Shown piece by piece: positions 36,151 through 50,298 of a stretch of DNA of 64,000 nt; the stretch's first letter is position 1, and each line of letters starts with the position of its first letter. The position numbers and the translations under genes were made by a program. The notes beneath the pieces are model-generated. The model saw only the letters and a list, made by a program, of their open reading frames with translations, was not told the DNA's origin and searched no databases. The stretch lies in NCBI RefSeq assembly GCF_009914755.1, contig NC_060937.1, one strand, 5' to 3'. The stretch comes from the human T2T-CHM13v2.0 reference genome, Homo sapiens.

Positions 36151-37146
36151 GTGAGTGGGTGAAAAGGAGCCCAACTTGGAAACCCCGGGTGTGACTGGGA
36201 CTTGATGGGGCCACGTGGGCTCCCATAGGGGAGGCTTGGAAGGAAACACACTTAGGAGCTGGGTCCTCTGTAGGTGCTGCTGCCTTTAATCCTCAACACA
36301 GGGCCCCGGGGGCCGTGGTGACAGCCGCTTTCCTGGTGCAGCCTCTGTTCACACGGAGCCTGGAGTCGTGTCTGCTTCATCAGGAAGAGCGGGCTAGAGT
36401 CCTCTCACATGGGCCGCGTGTGTCTGAGGACGGACGCCTGGCAGCCTGTCTAGGTGTGTTCATGCTCTCAGACACACCTCAGCCAGAGCTAAAGATAACT
36501 TCAGCTAGGGGCAGTGCTCCCTACCAAGTGGGAGTTAGCGTAACACATGGGGGTGACTAGTGTTCACGGTTATCGATTTCCAAATTATCTGGGCTCCACA
36601 CCTAGCTGGCTACCTCTGGGCTGCATCAATGTGGCTTGAAGAGGAAAAGGAAGGGCACGCACTCTCTGTCAGAGCTTGGGAAATGAGAGAGAATTGGATG
36701 CTGACCTTGTCCGGGGACTCCCTACTGGCTAGGCCTGGACACGGTTGCAGAACGTGTCTCCTCCCCATGTCGCTCTGTGACCGAGGGGTGCGCATGGCAT
36801 GACCGCTCACTCACTCCTGCCTGGAAGTGAAGGGCTGCTAGGTGGAGGTCAGCAAGGATGTTGAGTGCCCTGAGACGGGTGGCAGGATTCTCTAGATGAA
36901 AAATAAGGCTTCACAGGTCCAGAGAAGCTTGCTAGGTTCTTTTGAGAAACCTGTTTCTTCAGGTTAATAATTACTTTTAAGATAGACTATTTTTTAGAGC
37001 AGTCTTAGGTTTCTGTGTATTCTCTGCCGCTGCGCATGTACAGCCTTCCTCTGTGTCCAGATCCTGGACGTTGGTTCCTTTTTTAATGGAGAACACGCAT
37101 GTGATTCCAAATGGAAAAAGGCCCGACAGCCCAGCCCTGGCCACTT

Positions 37147-39074
<1,928 letters not shown>

Positions 39075-39978
39075 TAGCTGGGATTACAGGTGCACATCAC
39101 CACGTCTGGTTAATTTTTATATTTTTAGTAGAGGGGGGCGTTGCACCATGTTGGCCAGGCTGGTCTTGAGCTCCTGACCTCCCAAAGTGCTGGGATTATA
39201 GGTGTGAGCCACCGTGCCCGGCCCATCTTGCCTTTCAATACATCATCTTATCTAAAAAAGCTCGGGGACCTCATAGATTTTATTTTAAAAGGAAATGAAG
39301 CACAAGCCACCTTTGAATGGACTTTCCTGTTGGTTTTGTACCTTCCTTCCTGAGTATCTTCAAAGTAGGGCACATGTGGCTGGGCACGGTGGCTCAGTCC
39401 TGTAATCCCAGCACTTTGGGAACTCGAGGTGGGTGGATCACCTCAGGTCAGGAATTCGAGACCAGCCTGGCCAACATGGCGAAAACCCGTCTCTACTAAA
39501 AATATAAAAATTAGTCGGGCGTGGTGGCAGGTGCCTGTAGTCCCCCCTACTCAGGAGGCTGAGGCAGGAGAATTGCTTGAACCCGAGAGGTGGAGGTTGC
39601 AGTGAGCTGAGATCATGCTACTGCACTCCAGCCCAGCTGACAGAGTGAGATTCCATCTCAAAAACAAAAAAACAAAGTAGGGCAGATGACTGTCACTCCA
39701 GAGGGTCTGAGTGCAGCTCTGCCTGAGGCTGGAGTCAGCCAGATATCCATCCAAACCGGATTTCCAGCCCAGGCCCATATGGGGTTAGCAGATCTACAGT
39801 GAGGCTCAGCCAGGCTTTTGGGTTTATGAGTTCACCGGGAGGAGTGGGGTGTCTTCGTCTTTTATCCTCAGGGTCTGATAGGTGCACGCTTGTTGAATGA
39901 ATCCGAGGACTGCCTGACTCCTGTTAGGAGTTGAAAATGAAGGTCACCGTGTCTCATCTCCCACCCAATTTGGCATGA

Positions 39979-40213
<235 letters not shown>

Positions 40214-43024
40214 TGATCCGCCCGCCTCGGCCTCCCAAAGTGCTGGGATTACAGGCGTGAGCCACCGTGCCCAGCTGCAGCATTTTTTTTTCATTCCTAG
40301 GAACAGAGTCTGACTCCTAGCTTAAATGGAAGGAATCGATGGTAAAACATTGGAGGTGGAGGTTGCAGTGAGCTGAGATGGCGCCGCTGCACTCTAGCCT
40401 GGGTGGCAGAGCAACTGAGACTCTGTCTCAAAAAAAAAAAAAAAGAACTACCATCAGAAAGGCGGAGAGGATGAGAGTCCCTCAGGACAGGTGAAAGGGG
40501 CAGGAGAAGGTCAGAGGCCTGACACACCCAACATTGTCACAAAAAACTGTAAGAGAGGCTGTGGGAGCTATGAGTCGGGAACCTGGGTGCAAACCAATCT
40601 CATCCTCACAGACACCCTTGAGGGTCTGAATTGCAGCTTGCAGGTTGATGTGAGTATCTGCTGTTGCCGGGAGAGGAGGAGGGGCCTTCAGAGCACATGA
40701 GCTTTGGAAAGGCCCGGCTGTGTGCTGCTCTCCGGAGGGTGCTGGAGGAGGTGTGACAGTGGACCCTCAGGTCTCCCCAGAGGCTCCTGTGCCACCATCT
40801 CCCCCCGGGCAGCGCAGGGCACTCTCCAGTGCGTTCCGTGATGAGCTCTCCGTCACTGTCCTCCGCCCTCAGCAGGAAAGACTTTGGTATTTAGTACGCA
40901 TTCAGGGAAGGAGAGTGTGGGTTTGCGTTTGTAATTCAGGTAGAAGGACGAGGGCATTTTATCCACACTTATTTCTCAAGTTCCAGTTTTTTAAACTGGT
41001 GGTTAGACCTGATGATGTTTTATTTGTGTTTCCAGCTTCTTGTGACCACTCTACAGAAACAGGGTGGGAAATGAATGTGCCACATGGATCACAGGTGAAA
41101 AACAATTGTCAAAGCAGCGTAGGTTACACTTTTTCTGTGCGTCGTGTGGCCATCTAGACTAGAATTTGGACAAGACTGGCCGGTTTTGCACATTTAACTT
41201 TTGCCTGTTTAACCCTGGTCTGTAACATTTTATAAAGGAACCGTGAAGCTGCTTTTTTTTTTTTTTTTTTGAGACAGGGTCTCCCAGGCTGGAGTGCAGT
41301 GGCACAATAACTGCTCACTGCAGCCTCAGCCTCCCAGGCTCCAGTGACCCTCCCTAGTCAGCCTTCTGAGTAGCTAGGACTAAGGCGCATGCCACCATGC
41401 CTGGCTCATTTTTTAAAAAAACTTTGTGGAGATGGGGGTCTCCCTATGTTGCCCAGGCTGGCCTTGAACTCCTGGGCTCAAGCAGTCCTCCTTCCTTGGC
41501 CTCTCAAAGCCCTGGAATTACAGGCATGAGCCACTGCGCCCAGCAAGTGAAGCTGTTTTGGAAAGGACTGGTCAACCTGCAGCTTCGCCAAGGGCAGTGA
41601 GCAAGGGTCCCTGAGCACATCCCAGGTTGGGACGGCTCCCAGTGGCCGTCAGTGCCTCTCACTTCAGAGTTTGGTGTGGTTACTGCAGCTCCTCTCTGCC
41701 ATCTTGTGCTCTGTCCAGAAGGGGCTTTTACACCGGGGTGCGGGGGCACTCCTGTGTGTGTCTCAGAACCCGTTGGGGTGCAGTCATAGGCGACGTTGCC
41801 TGTCTCTTTCCTGCCCTGAGTAGATGGGATATGAAGGTGGGAATTGGCCACTGAATGTTGAGATGGAAGCGGAAGCAGCAGGTGACTGATGGAGTTATGA
41901 GTGGCAGATTCCCTGCAGGGTTGCCCACCCTGGATATGTGGGGCTCACGCGTGGTGACTCAGCCTAGCAGAGATGTGGAAAGGATCGAATTGGGTGGAAA
42001 TTATATAAATATTATTCTTGAGTATCCACAGAAACAAGGTGGTAAAAGAAAGAACCTGATTTCAAGGTTGATGGTGTGTTAGTGAGAGTGTTGGCCACAG
42101 AAGACTCGGTAGAGCTCTACCTAGGGTTCAGTCTGTCTTGACTTTGAATATAAATTTGTGTTGTGAACATCTTGGTGGGTGAATTGCTGAAGGACAGAGT
42201 CACATTCAGACTGCTGGGCATTCCCCAGGGGTGCCATGTGCCCCCCCACCCCCACGGATTCCCTGAACTGTGCCCTCTTGTCTGGGGATTTCAGACGCAC
42301 CCACACTCACTGCCTTCTCCCTCGTGAGGATGCTTGCCCATCCCCCACAGCCCCCTCCCCAAATGAAGACCCAACACAGCTGGCTAGCCTTGCCCGCCTT
42401 TGAGTCTCTGCTCACACGTGGGGTCCTCATGGAGACTGCCTGACCCCTGTCCTGCCAGAGGGCCTCCTTGGCTGCTCTGCGTCCCACCTGGCCGGTCTGT
42501 GTGTGCTGCAGACCCTCTGTTTCCCTCTGGGTAGTGTTTCCAGCACGATCCTGGCGCTCACCCGACAGCTCAGGGAGCAGTGTCTGAGTCGTCACCATTT
42601 CCCATGGGGTGAGGTGGCCGGCCACGCAGCACAGCTTCCTGCGTCCACTCCTTCGTGACAGCGTTCAAGGCTTTCTCACCCTCACTTTAGGAAGAGGGTG
42701 GCACAGTGGCCCCTGTCCAGCCACGGGGCTTGGGGTGTGGTGGGCGGTGCCTGCTGCCCAGGCAGAACCGTCCTGGGTAGTGGGAGGTGGAGGCTGAGGG
42801 TGCCCCACGGGCCTGTGCCTACCGCCCTGAGCCGTCTGCAGGACCCAGCTCTTTCCTGCGCGTCTAGAAAGGCATTAGCGAGAGCCACCTTGGGAGACTG
42901 AGAAAATAGTCACCAAGGACGCCAGAGTCCACAGATGTAGTTTTGTTTCTGAGTTTGGATCTTACTGTAACTGCTGATGGTTATGAGAAACCCAGACCTG
43001 AATCTCCCTCCACTGCACCTGCAG

Positions 43025-43212
43025 AGACACGCTGTGAACAAGACAGGCCTTCCCCAACCACAGCGCCCCCTGCGCCACCCAGCCCCTCGCCCTCACCCGT
43101 GCCCAAGAGCCCCTCTGTGGACAAGTACAACGTGAGCGGCACCAACGGGACCTGCCTGCTGGCCAGCATGGGGCTGCAGCTGAACCTCACCTATGAGAGG
43201 AAGGACAACACG
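43025..43212 (+). CDS. LAMP1: LAMP1 exon 5 (Pro/Ser hinge)
   Basis: gcag|AG; ETRCEQDRPSPTTAPPAPPSPSPSPVPKSPSVDKYNVSGTNGTCLLASMGLQLNLTYERKDNT; ACG|GTAGGG; 188 nt. Confidence 0.97.
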
Positions 43213-43900
43213 GTAGGGCTGGGGCCTCACCTGGGAGAGGGGGACGGCACGGTAGGGCTGGAGCCTCTGCTCCCTGTGCACTGAGAACACGCGTCTCTGC
43301 ACGTCATGCTGTTAAGTCAGGATGGGAGCTTAGCTTGCAGGACGTGACCCTAGAGGACAAGAGCTGGCGTCTGTGTCAGTGAGTCCATTTTGTAGGATCA
43401 CAGCCGTCCTGCTGGTTCCATCATCCAAGGCTGGTGTCCCAGCATGGCCTATTGGGCAGTGTGGCCCACAGAGCCTACAACTTGGCCCCTGATAGAACCT
43501 AAGTTTTCTTTACATATTTATCATGGAAACATTTAAGTGTTACATTTTTATAGTTTTCTTTTGAAATAGTTTTTCTCCCCTAGTAGTGACAGGCTGTGGG
43601 GTTGTGGGGGTCGACTTGCGTGCCGTGGGGTGAGTTTGCAGGGCTGACTGCTGCAGGGGGAGGTGGTGCTGCTGGTTGCCCTCCACGCGGGGACGCTGCA
43701 CTCCAAGAGCAGCTGTCACGGGGTCAGGGAGAGTCATCTTGGGATCCCGAAATCTGTACTAGTGTGGTCTTTCAGTGTTTTCCTTCTGGTTTTGGTTAAA
43801 ACAAATGTGGCCTTGAATTCACGGTTTCAGGACTGTTTGTCTTTTCGAGAGTGTGGAGGACCTGAGCTAGGGTGGTGACTTGCTTGCTTGTCTTATGCAG

Positions 43901-44026
43901 ACGGTGACAAGGCTTCTCAACATCAACCCCAACAAGACCTCGGCCAGCGGGAGCTGCGGCGCCCACCTGGTGACTCTGGAGCTGCACAGCGAGGGCACCA
44001 CCGTCCTGCTCTTCCAGTTCGGGATG
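43901..44026 (+). CDS. LAMP1: LAMP1 exon 6
   Basis: gcag|ACG; TVTRLLNINPNKTSASGSCGAHLVTLELHSEGTTVLLFQFGM; ATG|GTGAG; 126 nt. Confidence 0.97.
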
Positions 44027-44959
44027 GTGAGGCTGGGGCGGCACCTCTCTGGGGGCGCCCACTGTGTCTCCACCACATCTTTTTGTGCCCTGGGTCTGCT
44101 CATGGGAGGCAGCGTTAGGAAGGAGGCGGCCTCACTTTTTTCTGCCTTCCCTTTATCCTGGGCTTTTTAGTTCCTTGGTTCCCCTCCCCCCTTTCCATTC
44201 CATTCATAGATGCAGCAGATGATGTGGGCGGGGCTGCTGTGCCCACAGTTGGAGTGGCTGCAGGGGAGGGCATGCAGGCCGTGCGGCCTTCTGGCTTCAG
44301 ATGCTGCTGCCCTGTGGTTCCGTGGTGGCATTTCTGCCTGGGAGGACTCCTGTGCAGTTAGCAACATAAGACATGAAGCATATAATTGTCACTTGTCAGT
44401 CTTTTTAAATCGCTGTGCAAATGAATTAACAGTTCAGTTTCTTATAATTTTAGCTTTCCAAATCATGCTTTCCTGTGCTGTGATAGCTCCTGCAGTCCCC
44501 GTTTTCCAGAGACTGACTCTCAAGAGGTCTGGAAGGACCAGCCTGGGCAGCACAGGGAGGCTCCATTTCTGCAAATAATAAAACGAGTTAGCTGGGCGTA
44601 GTGGCGCACACCTGTGGTCCCAGCTACTTGGGAGGCTGAGGTGGGAGGATCACTTGAGCCCAGGAGTTAAGGTTGCGATGAGCCGTGATCACTCCACTGC
44701 ACTCCAGCCTGGGTGACAGAGCAAGACTCTCAGAGAAGGGTCTGGAAGGAACTAACCAAAATTTTCATTCCCCAGAGATACACAACGCCTTTTATAGACA
44801 AGATCTTTTGCAGTTTTGTTCTAATACTAGAAATGTAGGAAGTCAGGTTTATTACCCAATGACCATTCACGTTTGATGATAAATGTGTGAATCTACTGGG
44901 GTTAAAGATCATCTTTCTATGAATCTGCTCCGTGATTAAAGATCATTTTTCTTTTTAAG

Positions 44960-45026
44960 AATGCAAGTTCTAGCCGGTTTTTCCTACAAGGAATCCAGTT
45001 GAATACAATTCTTCCTGACGCCAGAG
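44960..45026 (+). CDS. LAMP1: LAMP1 exon 7
   Basis: taag|AAT; NASSSRFFLQGIQLNTILPDAR; GAG|GTGAG; 67 nt. Confidence 0.96.
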
Positions 45027-45112
45027 GTGAGAACCCACAATCTCTGCGAGCCCCGCCCCCGCCCGCGCGCCCAGGGTATTCTGGAGCCACTAGACCTCTG
45101 TGTGTGTTGCAG

Positions 45113-45283
45113 ACCCTGCCTTTAAAGCTGCCAACGGCTCCCTGCGAGCGCTGCAGGCCACAGTCGGCAATTCCTACAAGTGCAACGCGGAGGAGCACGT
45201 CCGTGTCACGAAGGCGTTTTCAGTCAATATATTCAAAGTGTGGGTCCAGGCTTTCAAGGTGGAAGGTGGCCAGTTTGGCTCTG
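45113..45283 (+). CDS. LAMP1: LAMP1 exon 8
   Basis: gcag|AC; DPAFKAANGSLRALQATVGNSYKCNAEEHVRVTKAFSVNIFKVWVQAFKVEGGQFGS; CTG|GTGAG; 171 nt; preceded by an 86-nt intron. Confidence 0.97.
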
Positions 45284-45837
45284 GTGAGTGTCACCGAGGG
45301 CAGCTGTCGCGGGGTGTGGAGGACGTGCTTCAGACTCCGCCTGTGGACGTTTAGTCGCTTCCGTGTGGGCTGGGGCGACGCCCCTGTTCCTCTGCAAGGA
45401 GCTGTTTCTTCTTGCCGGTCTGAGATTCTAGAGGTAACTCCCCCTGCTTTAGAGAGGCCCAGCGTGTCTCTCAGCTGGGAGCCCCTGGTACCATTTGAGA
45501 GTAAGGGAATCATTTTAAGAAACAGTGGTGGCGCTTCTCCCATGAACGTTGAATACAACACTGTCATCTGATGTGCACAGAGGCCCTGGACGCAGCACAG
45601 CTGTCCGGCCACAGCCCCTGATTCCAGACGGGGGAGAGACGTGTGTGGTTTCCTCGCCGTGCAGAGAGCACCAGTCTCTGCAGCGGCTTCCCCAAGTGAC
45701 AATTCCAGCTAGAGCTGGAACCTTCCGCCAGGGTTCCTCTTTGCCTTTTGGCTGATGTGGGGGAGTGGTGGGGAGAGAGGCCTGTTTGCAGGCCCCTGTG
45801 TGAGCAGAGCCCTGACACCATCCGTCTGTCTTGGCAG

Positions 45838-45977
45838 TGGAGGAGTGTCTGCTGGACGAGAACAGCATGCTGATCCCCATCGCTGTGGGTGGTGCCCTGG
45901 CGGGGCTGGTCCTCATCGTCCTCATCGCCTACCTCGTCGGCAGGAAGAGGAGTCACGCAGGCTACCAGACTATCTAG
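45838..45977 (+). CDS. LAMP1: LAMP1 exon 9 coding part (TM helix and GYQTI lysosomal sorting signal)
   Basis: gcag|TG; VEECLLDENSMLIPIAVGGALAGLVLIVLIAYLVGRKRSHAGYQTI*; exon lengths sum to 1254 nt. Confidence 0.98.
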
Positions 45978-46223
45978 CCTGGTGCACGCAGGCACAGCAG
46001 CTGCAGGGGCCTCTGTTCCTTTCTCTGGGCTTAGGGTCCTGTCGAAGGGGAGGCACACTTTCTGGCAAACGTTTCTCAAATCTGCTTCATCCAATGTGAA
46101 GTTCATCTTGCAGCATTTACTATGCACAACAGAGTAACTATCGAAATGACGGTGTTAATTTTGCTAACTGGGTTAAATATTTTGCTAACTGGTTAAACAT
46201 TAATATTTACCAAAGTAGGATTT

Positions 46224-46444
46224 TGAGGGTGGGGGTGCTCTCTCTGAGGGGGTGGGGGTGCCGCTGTCTCTGAGGGGTGGGGGTGCCGCTGTCTCTGAGG
46301 GGTGGGGGTGCCGCTCTCTCTGAGGGGGTGGGGGTGCCGCTTTCTCTGAGGGGGTGGGGGTGCCGCTCTCTCTGAGGGGGTGGGGGTGCTGCTCTCTCCG
46401 AGGGGTGGAATGCCGCTGTCTCTGAGGGGTGGGGGTGCCGCTCT
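46224..46444 (+). repeat. G-rich ~25-bp tandem repeat (~9 copies) in the LAMP1 3'UTR
   Basis: TGAGGGG(G)TGGGGGTGCCGCT(G/C)TCTC repeated. Confidence 0.95.
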
Positions 46445-46961
46445 AAATTGGCTCCATATCATTTGAGTTTAGGGTTCTGGTGTTTGGTTTCTTCATTCTT
46501 TACTGCACTCAGATTTAAGCCTTACAAAGGGAAAGCCTCTGGCCGTCACACGTAGGACGCATGAAGGTCACTCGTGGTGAGGCTGACATGCTCACACATT
46601 ACAACAGTAGAGAGGGAAAATCCTAAGACAGAGGAACTCCAGAGATGAGTGTCTGGAGCGCTTCAGTTCAGCTTTAAAGGCCAGGACGGGCCACACGTGG
46701 CTGGCGGCCTCGTTCCAGTGGCGGCACGTCCTTGGGCGTCTCTAATGTCTGCAGCTCAAGGGCTGGCACTTTTTTAAATATAAAAATGGGTGTTATTTTT
46801 ATTTTTTTTTGTAAAGTGATTTTTGGTCTTCTGTTGACATTCGGGGTGATCCTGTTCTGCGCTGTGTACAATGTGAGATCGGTGCGTTCTCCTGATGTTT
46901 TGCCGTGGCTTGGGGATTGTACACGGGACCAGCTCACGTAATGCATTGCCTGTAACAATGT

Positions 46962-46967
46962 AATAAA
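46962..46967 (+). terminator. LAMP1: LAMP1 polyadenylation signal
   Basis: AATAAA about 1 kb after the stop, upstream TGTA motifs, downstream U/GU-rich tract. Confidence 0.85.
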
Positions 46968-47221
46968 AAGCCTCTTTCTTTTTGGGGTGGGCCTTGTCCT
47001 TCTGTCAGCTAAAATGGGAGCTCATGAGAGAAGGACGTCAGGGAAACGGGGTTGAGGGTGGTCTCGGTGCAGAGAGAAGGGTGTCAGGGAAACGGGGGGT
47101 GAGGGTGGTCTTGGTGCCAGACGTAGGGAATGGTGTTGGGAGTGGCCCGAGTGCCTGGCACAGTTGTCTGGTTCATTCATGTAACATGATAATTTTTAAA
47201 TCATTAAAAAAATTACCTTTC

Positions 47222-47590
47222 ATACAGATACCATGGAATACTATGCAGCCATAAAGAGGTATGAGATCTTGTCCCCTGCAGGGACACGGATAGAGCTGGA
47301 AGCCATTATTCTCAGCAAACTAACACAGGAGCAGAAAACCAGACACCACTTGTTCTCACTTGTAAGTGGGAGCTTCTGATGAGAACACATGGACACAAGG
47401 AGGGGAACATCACACACTGGGGCCCGTTGGGTCGGGGGCAGGGAGAGCATCAGGAAGAATAGCTAAGGGATGCTGGCTTCATACCTAGGTGACAGGATGG
47501 TCTGTGCAGCACATCACCACGGCACACGTTTACCTGTGCAACAGACCTGTACACCCTCCACCTGTACCCAGAAGTTAAAAGTTGAAGGGA
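47222..47590 (+). mobile_element. L1 (old L1PA/L1PB-type) 3' end fragment between LAMP1 and GRTP1
   Basis: CCATGGAATACTATGCAGCCATAAA...GCTGGAAGCCATTATTCTCAGCAAACTAACACAGG...TGTTCTCACTTGTAAGTGGGAG. Confidence 0.88.
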
Positions 47591-47769
47591 GAAAATGATC
47601 TTTCTAAAGAGAAATCACCTACTACGTGCAGAAGCCTCACATAAACTGCACGCTCTGTCACAGAAAGGAATGGAATATTGACACTGCCGCTGTAAGACCT
47701 CAGTGACCACTCACTATGTTAATTTCCAGTCAGCTGAGAAACTGATCACAAACACAGGTGTTGGCATAC

Positions 47770-47775
47770 TTTATT
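47770..47775 (-). terminator. GRTP1: GRTP1 polyadenylation signal
   Basis: TTTATT on + (AATAAA on -), about 270 nt past the GRTP1 stop. Confidence 0.75.
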
Positions 47776-48043
47776 AGATACAAACCCACACTCACATTTT
47801 ATATATTATTGATCTCTCAGGTAAAAATAAGTTTTCTTTAAAAAGTATGACTTCATAGCTAATCATCAAAAGCTGGTAGAATGACCTGATTTTAAACTGC
47901 TCTTTTAAAAAATTCACAACTAAAGTGTAGTGATGTCAAGTATTTACAACACTAAAAAGGAAAGCAGTGAAAGTTGGTCCAGTGTCAACTCTGGAAAGGG
48001 GCATCGTCAGTGTAGAGACGAGCAACGCAGGGGACAGGCACGC

Positions 48044-48133
48044 TCACCCCTGTGCCAGCAGCCGGGCCCTGCAGCTCTCGCGGAGCTTGGCGACGGTGGC
48101 CATGGATAAGCTTCCAGGTTCTGAAAATATTTT
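48044..48133 (-). CDS. GRTP1: GRTP1 (TBC1D6) last coding exon
   Basis: ttccag|AAA; KIFSEPGSLSMATVAKLRESCRARLLAQG*; 90 nt, phase matches the upstream exon. Confidence 0.9.
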   Translation of the reverse strand, partial: KIFSEPGSLSMATVAKLRESCRARLLAQG

Positions 48134-48383
48134 CTGGAAGGCAAACAGTTAGTTTAAAAACAAACCCAACAACCCATTTCTACGTTAGCTCTCCCAGACT
48201 GGCAGGCAGACAGACAGGCCTCGTGTGAGGTGAGGGAGGAGCAGTCCACATCCAAGGGCTTCTGGGGTGACCCACAGATTGTCACCATCTCACTCCTGCC
48301 CTGGGGCCTAGGACTGCAGCTTTGCTGCTCAGAAATGTTAAATGAATCAAACGGTGGAAGAAAAGGCCATCTGCTTCCATTAG

Positions 48384-48524
<141 letters not shown>

Positions 48525-48551
48525 TAAGCGTGAGCCACCACACCTGGCTAA

Positions 48552-48701
<150 letters not shown>

Positions 48702-49216
48702 TGATGAAGGCCCAGCTGCTGAAATACCGCCCACGTTTGCCATGCTGCACCCAGAGTGGCCCCGAGCCTCCACTCCCTCTTAGGAAACTACTGACTCCCA
48801 GGCCTGAGCCTCTCCTGGCGTCTTGGCTTCCTCAGAAGGCCTGTCAGGTACAGCTCCCACAACGCCCTCATCAGGACCTGAGTCTATACGGCCTGCGCCA
48901 GGTCCAGGACCCAGTGGGGAGGCCGGGCCTCGGGAAGCCACACTTCTGGCACCACACACAGCAGATGAGTACAGCCATTAGGACCAGGAGCAGCGTCCGC
49001 AGTGCCAGGGCCAAGAAGACAGGGCCGCCATAGACAGGAAAGCCCTCGGAGGCCAGGCGCAGGGGGCAGATGCAGGACAGAGCTGGAGGCTCATCCTGTG
49101 CCCTATGCCCACTGGTGCCCGTCCTGTGCACCCTCCGGGTGGTCAGAGCAGCCCCCGGGCTGCAGGTGAGGCGGGGCCCCCTGGGAGGGGACTGAGCCAC
49201 GTGCAGCCCCACACAC

Positions 49217-49402
49217 CTGCATAAACGTGTGACACTCCATCACGAAACTCCCTTTGGTTATCTGCTTAAACTTATCGCAAATGTCTGGAACGCTGGTGGC
49301 TTCCAAAATCAACTCCTGGTGCTGCTTAATTAAGGTCAGGGCCACCCGGAAGATAATCTTCGAGCCTTCGTTAAACAAACAGTCCCAGATCCGAAGCACT
49401 GT
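49217..49402 (-). CDS. GRTP1: GRTP1 penultimate exon (C-terminal TBC Rab-GAP domain)
   Basis: ctgcag|ACA; TVLRIWDCLFNEGSKIIFRVALTLIKQHQELIL...ECHTFMQ; CAG|GTGTGT; 186 nt; LRIWD..F.EG is a TBC hallmark. Confidence 0.93.
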
Positions 49403-49474
49403 CTGCAGAGACATGGGAACCCGGTGTCACTCCCTGGCGGCCCGCCCGCCCCAGGGCCCGAGTGAGGCGCTCAC

Positions 49475-49647
49475 CTCCACGGGCAAGATGTCCACAAACA
49501 GGCAGATGAACCAGCGGGACACCAGCAGCGTCCACAGCACACCGAGACGCTCCATCAGGGCCCCCACAGCCGGCAGCTTCGCCCGCACCAGCTCCCCGAG
49601 GACCTCCTGGTCGGTCTTCAGGCCCAGCATGGCCGGGCTGTAGTAAT
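49475..49647 (-). CDS. GRTP1: GRTP1 antepenultimate exon (TBC domain); upstream exons lie beyond the window
   Basis: ggcag|AT; (D)[57 protein letters not shown]; GAG|GTGAG; 173 nt; 72-nt intron follows. Confidence 0.93.
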
Positions 49648-50121
49648 CTGCCAGGCAATGTGGAGAAAAGACCCCGAGACACTCCCGTCACCTCCACAAG
49701 CCCCATTCCCCTCAGAGCCAGACAAAGACAACAGGGCCACCCTGGGAGGACCCCTCCCAAGAGGGAGGGACAAAGTTGGAGAGGAAGAGTCGGGGTGAGG
49801 CCTGCAGACACAGGGCTCATGGGGAGCGACCCCCACAGCCAGGCCTTTCAGGACGTCCCTGAGGCTGGAGGGATAGGCTGGATGCCGCCTGGCTGGGCAT
49901 CAGTTAAAATCTGCAGGTGGAGGGTGGCGCGGTGGGGGGGGGGGGGGGCGGGAGCGTGGCTCACACCTGTAATCCCAGCACTTTGGGAGGCCGAGGCGGG
50001 TGGATCACCTAAAGTCAGGAGTTCAAGACCAGCCTGGCTGACATGGCTGAAACCCCGTCTCTACTAAAAATACAAAAATTAGCCAGGTGTGGTGGTGGGC
50101 ACCTGTAACCCCAGCTATTCA

Positions 50122-50298
<177 letters not shown>

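Noticed and set aside
44999-45571. 190-aa ORF spanning LAMP1 exons 7-8
   Set aside because: Read-through of the 86-nt intron shifts frame; no evidence it is more than a possible intron-retention by-product.
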